Below are positions 58,509 to 64,000 of a stretch of 64,000 nt of DNA, piece after piece. Location of the stretch: the NCBI GenBank assembly GCA_040218735.1, contig JAVJQW010000006.1, positions 32,001 through 96,000 on the forward strand, written 5' to 3'. This stretch comes from Deltaproteobacteria bacterium. Its GTDB lineage: Bacteria; Myxococcota; Kuafuiibacteriia; Kuafuiibacteriales; Kuafuiibacteriaceae. Within the stretch, counting starts at the first letter, position 1. Each line of letters begins with the position of its first letter. The notes beneath the pieces are model-generated. The model was not told the origin of the DNA and ran no database searches. It saw only the letters and a list, made by a program, of their open reading frames with translations. The position numbers were made by a program, and so were the translations under genes.

Positions 58509-58561
58509 GGCGCGGAGGATAGCGCGTGGACCCGCGCGCCGCGACGGTCTATCGATTCGTC

Positions 58562-60325
58562 ATGCGCCGCGTACCTCGTCTGAAGGAACCGCTCGTCGTC
58601 CGCGAGGAGCGCGACGACGGAGGTTTTGTGTTGCGGTCCCCGACGCCGCTCGGCGCGCGCCCGGCGAACCTGTCGGCGTGGGTCGAACGCTGGGCGCGCG
58701 AGCGACCCGACACCGTGGCCTTCGCGGAGCGCAGCGGCGAAGGCTGGCGGACGATCACCTGGTCCGCGCTCGCCGAGCAATCGCGCGCGATCGGGCAAGC
58801 GCTCGCGGAGCGCGACCTCTCGCTGGAGCGTCCGGTGATGATCCTCTCTGGCAACTCGATCGATCACGCGCTGATGACGTTCGGTGCGATGGCGGTCGGC
58901 GTCCCCGTGGTGCCGGTCTCGGTGGCGTACGCGCTGTCGAGCACGGACTGGGTGCAGCTGCGTCACATCTTCGACCTGGTGACGCCGGGGATGATCTTCG
59001 TCGAGCACGCCGCGCCGTTCGCGAAAGCGCTCGCGGCGCTCGACCTGACCGGGGTGGAGCTCGTCGCCTCCGAAGGGGGAGGCACGCCGCTGAGCGCGTT
59101 GGTGAAGACGTCCCCGTCGGAGCGCTTCGCGGAGCGCGCGGCGACGGTCGGCCCGGACACCGTCGCGAAGATCCTGATGACGTCCGGTTCCACGGATCGA
59201 CCCAAGGGGGTGCTCACGACGCACGGGATGCTCACCGCGAACCAGCAGTCCCTCGCGCAGGCGTGGCCGTTCGTCGACGACGCGGCGCCCGTGCTCGTCG
59301 ACTGGCTGCCCTGGTCGCACACGTTCGGGGGCAGCCACAACTTCAACCTCGTCCTGCGGAACGGCGGGACGATGTACATCGACGGCGGTCGTCCGGCGCC
59401 GGCGCTCTTCGGTCGTACGCTCGAAAACCTCGCGAAGGTCGCGCCGACGATCCAGTTCAACGTGCCGGCCGGCTACGCGATGTTGGTGAAGGCGCTCGAG
59501 GACGACGCCGCCTTCGCGAAGCAGTTCTTTTCGCGGATGGAGGCGGTGTTCTACGCCGCGGCGGCGTTGCCGCAGGACGTCTGGGCGCGCCTCGACGCGG
59601 TCGCGGAGCGGACGCTCGGGCACCGCATCTGGCTCACCACGGCGTGGGGATCAACGGAGACTTCGCCGCTCGTCACCTCCGCGCACTTCGCGCTCGACGA
59701 GGCGGGCAACATCGGCGTGCCGGTCCCGGGGTGTGAGCTCGCGTTCGTCCCGAACGGCGGCAAGCTCGAGCTGCGAGTGCGCGGCCCCAACGTCACGCCG
59801 GGGTACCACCGCGATTCGACGAAGACGGCGGCGGCGTTCGACGAGGAAGGCTTCTACCGCATCGGCGACGCGGGTCGCCTCGCGGATACGGAGGCGCCAG
59901 CGCGTGGCGTCGTGTTCGACGGACGCGTCGCGGAGGACTTCAAGCTGCAGACCGGGACGTGGGTGAACGTCGCGGAGGTGCGGACCGGGTGCCTCTCCGC
60001 GGCGGGGGGCTTGCTGACGAACGCGGTGGTGACCGGTCACGACCGCGACTACGTCGGGCTGCTCGGTTGGCTGTCGCCTTCGGCGGAGGAGGGCGCGCGC
60101 GAGGCGCTCGCCGCGCGGCTCGCGAAGCGGAACGACGAGGTGAAGGGCTCGTCGCGTCGTGTCGCGCGGGTGCTGCTCCTGGAGGCACCGCCGTCGTTGG
60201 ACGCCGGGGAGATCACCGACAAGGGTTACGTCAACGCGGCCGCCGTGCTCGCGAACCGCGCGGAGCAGGTCGAGGCGCTGCACGCGGATGCGCCCGGCGA
60301 CGACGTGTTGGTGTTGCCGGACTGA
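58562..60325 (+). CDS. Feruloyl-CoA synthetase-like acyl-CoA ligase
   Basis: [50 protein letters not shown]. Confidence 0.85.
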   Translation: MRRVPRLKEPLVVREERDDGGFVLRSPTPLGARPANLSAWVERWARERPDTVAFAERSGEGWRTITWSALAEQSRAIGQALAERDLSLERPVMILSGNSIDHALMTFGAMAVGVPVVPVSVAYALSSTDWVQLRHIFDLVTPGMIFVEHAAPFAKALAALDLTGVELVASEGGGTPLSALVKTSPSERFAERAATVGPDTVAKILMTSGSTDRPKGVLTTHGMLTANQQSLAQAWPFVDDAAPVLVDWLPWSHTFGGSHNFNLVLRNGGTMYIDGGRPAPALFGRTLENLAKVAPTIQFNVPAGYAMLVKALEDDAAFAKQFFSRMEAVFYAAAALPQDVWARLDAVAERTLGHRIWLTTAWGSTETSPLVTSAHFALDEAGNIGVPVPGCELAFVPNGGKLELRVRGPNVTPGYHRDSTKTAAAFDEEGFYRIGDAGRLADTEAPARGVVFDGRVAEDFKLQTGTWVNVAEVRTGCLSAAGGLLTNAVVTGHDRDYVGLLGWLSPSAEEGAREALAARLAKRNDEVKGSSRRVARVLLLEAPPSLDAGEITDKGYVNAAAVLANRAEQVEALHADAPGDDVLVLPD

Positions 60326-60395
60326 GTGGGTCATGCGGCCCGCATGACCGAGCGTGCGCGGCGATCTGGGCGCCGGCACCGGGCGTACTCGACAC

Positions 60396-60728
60396 ATGGG
60401 AATCAGTGGAGCCGAGGGGCCCGGCGCAGATGGCCTCGAGCTCAGGATTCGGCGTCAGCAGCTCGAGGGCGTGCCGCCGCGGCGGCAGGCGGAGGGGTTG
60501 ATCCGTCGCGTGGGCGATCTGGTCCAGGCGCAGCAGGCGATGAACCCGTTCGGGGTCGGCCCGGACGCCGATCCGCCGTTGGCCAAGGAGATCAGCGGCG
60601 CGCTCCGCGAGCTCGCGCAGCTCGCGCGTAGCAATCCGGTCGCCGTGCAGCGCGCGCTCGAGGACGCACCCGCGGTCACCGCGATGCTCGCGCGCGCGTC
60701 GGGCCAGTTCCGCGAGCCGGGGAACTGA
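60396..60728 (+). CDS. Small helical hypothetical protein
   Basis: Fills the gap between flanking genes; plausible codon usage. Confidence 0.5.
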   Translation: MGISGAEGPGADGLELRIRRQQLEGVPPRRQAEGLIRRVGDLVQAQQAMNPFGVGPDADPPLAKEISGALRELAQLARSNPVAVQRALEDAPAVTAMLARASGQFREPGN

Positions 60729-60738
60729 GCACCCGGGC

Positions 60739-61827
60739 TCAACGCACTGCGGTCGAGGTCGCGATGCGCTCCGACTTCGCGGCGAGGTACCGCGCGACCA
60801 CGTCCGCGTAGCGTCGGTGGGCGAGGGCGCTCGGGTGCCAGTCGTGCGGGAGGTTCGTGTAGCGCGGGTCGTCGTAGTCGACGGACAGGTCGAGCGACTC
60901 GATGCCGCGCGCCGCGGCGAAGCGCTGGAGCGCCTTGGCTCTCGGTGAGTCGTCGAGGAGCGCGAGCACGAGCTGGACGCCGCGTGCGTCGCAGGCACGC
61001 GAGAGCAAGGCGAGCGCGCGCTCGGTGACGTGGTCGTCGACCGCGTCGTGATCCCGCCGCTGGACGAACACGTTCTCGACCGCGTTGACCGTCGCGGACC
61101 AGCCGCGCCCGGGGGCATCGTGGTGCAGCTCCGTGACCGGAACGAGCTGCAGCTCACCGTCGGCGAGGCGCGGGAAGTGTGCGTGGCGCGCGGCTTGTCG
61201 AGCATCGCCGGCGATCGCCCCCGCGGCGCCGCCCTCGGCGAGGAAGACGTCGCGGAGGAGCTGTCCGTAGGAGGGCGCGAGCGCGTTTCGCGCGTCGTGG
61301 AAGTCGAGGTAGCCGACGACGAGTCGTTCGGGGACGACGCCGATCTCCTCGAGCGCCTCCAGCTGCAAGATGGCTTGCAACGTGCCGTGTCCGGGGACCG
61401 CCGCGTTCACGATCTGTCGGTCCCCGATTCGATTCTGGACGAGGAACGGGTAGCTCTCTTCGTCATCCACGCCGTACCCGTAGGAGAACGAGCCGCCGGT
61501 GATCAGCACGGTGGGTCGTGGGTCGTCGAGGATCGTCTGCTGCCCGCGTCGTGTGATGCGGTAACCCTCGCGGGTCTGTGTGGAGGTGAAGAGGAGGTCG
61601 TCGCGGACGCGGACGGAGAAGCGCCCGGCGCCCAGCCCGAACCCGAGCTCGGGGTGGGGGACGAGGCACCCGGACGGCGTCGATTCGACGTCCTGCTCGA
61701 TGGGGCGGTAGGCCTCGAAGCCCGCCGCGCGGAGGAGGACCTCGACGCCCAACGCGACGGTGATCACGACGAACACCGCTGTCGCGCCGAGCCGGGTCGA
61801 GCGTCGCACGGGCTCCACCCTATCCAT
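60739..61827 (-). CDS. Membrane-anchored SGNH/GDSL hydrolase
   Basis: TGGSFSYGYGV, NAAVPGHG, DWHPS. Confidence 0.8.
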   Translation of the reverse strand: MDRVEPVRRSTRLGATAVFVVITVALGVEVLLRAAGFEAYRPIEQDVESTPSGCLVPHPELGFGLGAGRFSVRVRDDLLFTSTQTREGYRITRRGQQTILDDPRPTVLITGGSFSYGYGVDDEESYPFLVQNRIGDRQIVNAAVPGHGTLQAILQLEALEEIGVVPERLVVGYLDFHDARNALAPSYGQLLRDVFLAEGGAAGAIAGDARQAARHAHFPRLADGELQLVPVTELHHDAPGRGWSATVNAVENVFVQRRDHDAVDDHVTERALALLSRACDARGVQLVLALLDDSPRAKALQRFAAARGIESLDLSVDYDDPRYTNLPHDWHPSALAHRRYADVVARYLAAKSERIATSTAVR

Positions 61828-61916
61828 TAATCCGGGCCTTAAGCGACACGTGGGGTCCCGAGTGCGAAAACTCTCCTTGTCAGCGCGGCACAAAGAGCGC
61901 TGCCCAGGAGGAAGAC

Positions 61917-62153
61917 ATGAGCGAAATGATGGCGAACTTTCAGCAGAGTGTGCGGGACGTGCGGTCCACCAAGAAGGGTGTGGGCGACGGGAAGAAGTCG
62001 ATCTCCGACGGCGAGGTGCGGGGCATCGTGGATCAGCTCGCGCAGATGGAAGGGACGGACCGGACCCAGGCGATCAACTTCGTCCGGAAGACGGATCCGG
62101 AGCTGCGTTCCCTCCTTCGCCAGTACCAGCCGATCGCGCCGGCCCAGCGCTGA
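61917..62153 (+). CDS. Small hypothetical protein
   Basis: AGGAGG RBS before ATG; 78 aa. Confidence 0.6.
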   Translation: MSEMMANFQQSVRDVRSTKKGVGDGKKSISDGEVRGIVDQLAQMEGTDRTQAINFVRKTDPELRSLLRQYQPIAPAQR

Positions 62154-62170
62154 AAGACGAGGACAACCCG

Positions 62171-62581
62171 ATGACGAACGCAAAGCAGTCCACCGCCCGA
62201 ATTCTTCTGCAGGCCCTCGTGCATGACGGGGATCAGCTCGTGCTCGACGCCGCCGGGACGACGGTGGTGCGAGGTGTGCTCGACGCCGCGGGCGAGGAGC
62301 TCGGCGAAGCACTGATGGCGGTTGTGGAGGTCGCGTACGTCGTCGAGGGTGACGGTCACGTGCAGCTCGCGGAGGCGCTGCGGGCGCTCGCCTCGGAGCA
62401 GACGGAGCGGTTCGGTGCACATGTGGAGCGGCTCCGTCATCGGGTGGAAGATCGGCATCGCGCGAAGCGTCGCCGGTTCGAGGCGTTCGCCGGCGCGCCG
62501 GCACGTGTTGCACGTCCGCGCGCGGTCGGGGGGGTACGCGTTGCGGACCTGCTCCCGCCGCGCCGAATCACCGCGCGATGA
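62171..62581 (+). CDS. Hypothetical helical protein
   Basis: GAGG RBS before ATG 62171. Confidence 0.55.
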   Translation: MTNAKQSTARILLQALVHDGDQLVLDAAGTTVVRGVLDAAGEELGEALMAVVEVAYVVEGDGHVQLAEALRALASEQTERFGAHVERLRHRVEDRHRAKRRRFEAFAGAPARVARPRAVGGVRVADLLPPRRITAR

Positions 62582-62636
62582 GGGGCAGCGCCGGTAGGCC
62601 TGAGGTTCCGCTTCGGCTAACCTCCCGGTCGCCGCG

Positions 62637-63125
62637 ATGCTCGACGAACACGAGAAGCACAACATCCAAAGATCCTGGCGACTCGTCGAACCGATCAAGG
62701 AGACCGCCGCGGATCTGTTCTATCGACGCCTGTTCGAGCTCGAGCCGCGTTACCGCGCGCTCTTCCCCGACGACCTCGGCTCGCAGAAGCGCAAGCTCAT
62801 CAAGATGCTCGCGTTCATCGTGCAGTCGCTCGACTATCCGGAGACCGCGTGGCGCGCGGAGACCCCCGAGGAGAACGACCTGTTCTTGGTGACGTTGGCG
62901 CTCGGGCGTCGGCACCGCGAGCTGTACCACGTCCCGGATGCCGCCTACGCGACGGTGGGTTCCGCGCTGCTGTGGGCGCTGGATCAGGGGCTGGGCGAGG
63001 CGTTCACGAAGGACGTCCACGACGCGTGGGCGCACGTCTATCAGCTCCTCGAGACGATCATGCGCATGGGTCGCGGCGCGACGAAGCTCGGCGCGCCGAT
63101 CGTCGACTCCGGTAGCTGGGACTGA
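62637..63125 (+). CDS. Single-domain globin
   Basis: IQRSW, FYRRLF..P..RALF, QKRKL, LGRRH, YATVGSALL, AWAHVY. Confidence 0.9.
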   Translation: MLDEHEKHNIQRSWRLVEPIKETAADLFYRRLFELEPRYRALFPDDLGSQKRKLIKMLAFIVQSLDYPETAWRAETPEENDLFLVTLALGRRHRELYHVPDAAYATVGSALLWALDQGLGEAFTKDVHDAWAHVYQLLETIMRMGRGATKLGAPIVDSGSWD

Positions 63126-63126
63126 G

Positions 63127-63633
63127 TCAGAACGCGTAGCCGACGGACAGCGACGGCAAGAAGTTCGCGTCGACGTCCTCGTCGCCGGAGGCGACCAACA
63201 TCTGGATCCCCGAGCGGAGCAGCAGCCCGCCGTCCGGCGCCTGGTAGCGGTAGCCGACGAAGCCCGAGTAGAGGTTGTCGTCGTCGCCCCGCGAGAACGT
63301 GCGTCCAACGCTCACGCTGGTCTCGAGGTGGTGGTCGCCGTCGAAGAAGAACTTGCCGGCGCTGATCGCGAGGAAGCCGTAGTCACTCTCGTCGCCGATC
63401 GCGAGCAGGGAGCCCGTCGCCCGTACGACGAACTGCAAGGGGAGCTGGTACTCGAAGTTCGCGGCGTAGAGGGGGATGATCGCGCTCGCTTCGAAGAACA
63501 CCGCGAACTGCGCGCGGTCGATCGTGGTCCGAGCTTCCGTGGCGGGTTGAGCGTCGGGGGTCGGCTCTTCGGCGAACGCGGTCGACGCCGCGCCGAGCGA
63601 CAGAGCGGTGATGAGCGTGAGGGTTCGTTTCAT
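63127..63633 (-). CDS. Small secreted/outer-membrane beta-barrel-like protein
   Basis: Signal peptide AFA-EE; GYRYQ; C-terminal SVGYAF. Confidence 0.7.
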   Translation of the reverse strand: MKRTLTLITALSLGAASTAFAEEPTPDAQPATEARTTIDRAQFAVFFEASAIIPLYAANFEYQLPLQFVVRATGSLLAIGDESDYGFLAISAGKFFFDGDHHLETSVSVGRTFSRGDDDNLYSGFVGYRYQAPDGGLLLRSGIQMLVASGDEDVDANFLPSLSVGYAF

Positions 63634-63732
63634 GCGGGCCCGAAGAGCAGCAATCGGGCCAGGACGTTTCGAGGTCTGCGGGGCGGGGCACCTGTGTCGA
63701 ACGCTGCACAGTGCTCCGAACGGTGCACACCG

Positions 63733-64000
63733 CTACAGGAGGAACGGTGAGAGGTCGTCCGGTTCGTCGGACTTCTGCACCGGTTCGAGGCGGTCGTCTA
63801 TCTCCTCGGCGAGCATCTCGAACAACCACGCGAGCGATCGGTGATCGCGGAACGCGTCGAGGGGTTGGCCCTGCGCGGCGGCCGCGAGGAGCGCGGGGGT
63901 GCGCGGGATCGTCGTGGCGAACAGCCAGGACGGGTCGACCGTTTCGGTCGCCGAGGTGAAGGCGCTGACGGATCCGTTCTGGGTGCGGTCGAACATGTTG
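63733..64000 (-). CDS. C-terminal part of a ParA/Soj-like protein (partial)
   Basis: FATTIPR..LLAAAAQGQPL..LFEMLAEEI resembles ParA C-termini; frame is open to the window edge. Confidence 0.5.
   Translation of the reverse strand, partial: NMFDRTQNGSVSAFTSATETVDPSWLFATTIPRTPALLAAAAQGQPLDAFRDHRSLAWLFEMLAEEIDDRLEPVQKSDEPDDLSPFLL

Noticed and set aside
1-64000. tRNA, rRNA, IS elements, prophage or known defence systems
   Set aside because: No recognisable signatures by eye, and intergenic gaps are short. Covariance-model and HMM scans were not run.

Overview
This is a GC-rich, gene-dense bacterial chromosome segment of about 60 CDS. I recognised no rRNA, tRNA, CRISPR array or transposase. The gene content suggests a Myxococcota-like delta-proteobacterium (inference): three tandem bactofilins, an ECF sigma/FecR module, a Ser/Thr kinase with a PEGA protein, and many Cys-rich lipoproteins. 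Housekeeping genes (pyrF, homodimeric GlyRS, PPK2, CorA, dinB) are mixed with accessory secreted and signalling genes. The strongest unusual signals are: (1) a hidden selenoprotein, where two called ORFs join through an in-frame UGA to give a W-U-S-A-C (UxxC) motif followed by an fdhF-like SECIS hairpin; (2) a cytoplasmic hybrid histidine kinase whose input is a catalytically degenerate SDR Rossmann domain; (3) two effector-like fusions, DUF3626 + HipA/PI4K-like kinase and DUF4781 + caspase-fold protease; (4) mirror-image ECF promoters TGAGCCG-N16-CGTC; (5) SOS-like boxes before alkB and dinB; (6) many apparently leaderless promoters; (7) a lipoprotein with tandem Cu-only SOD domains. All family calls come from reading motifs by eye; no database search was run.
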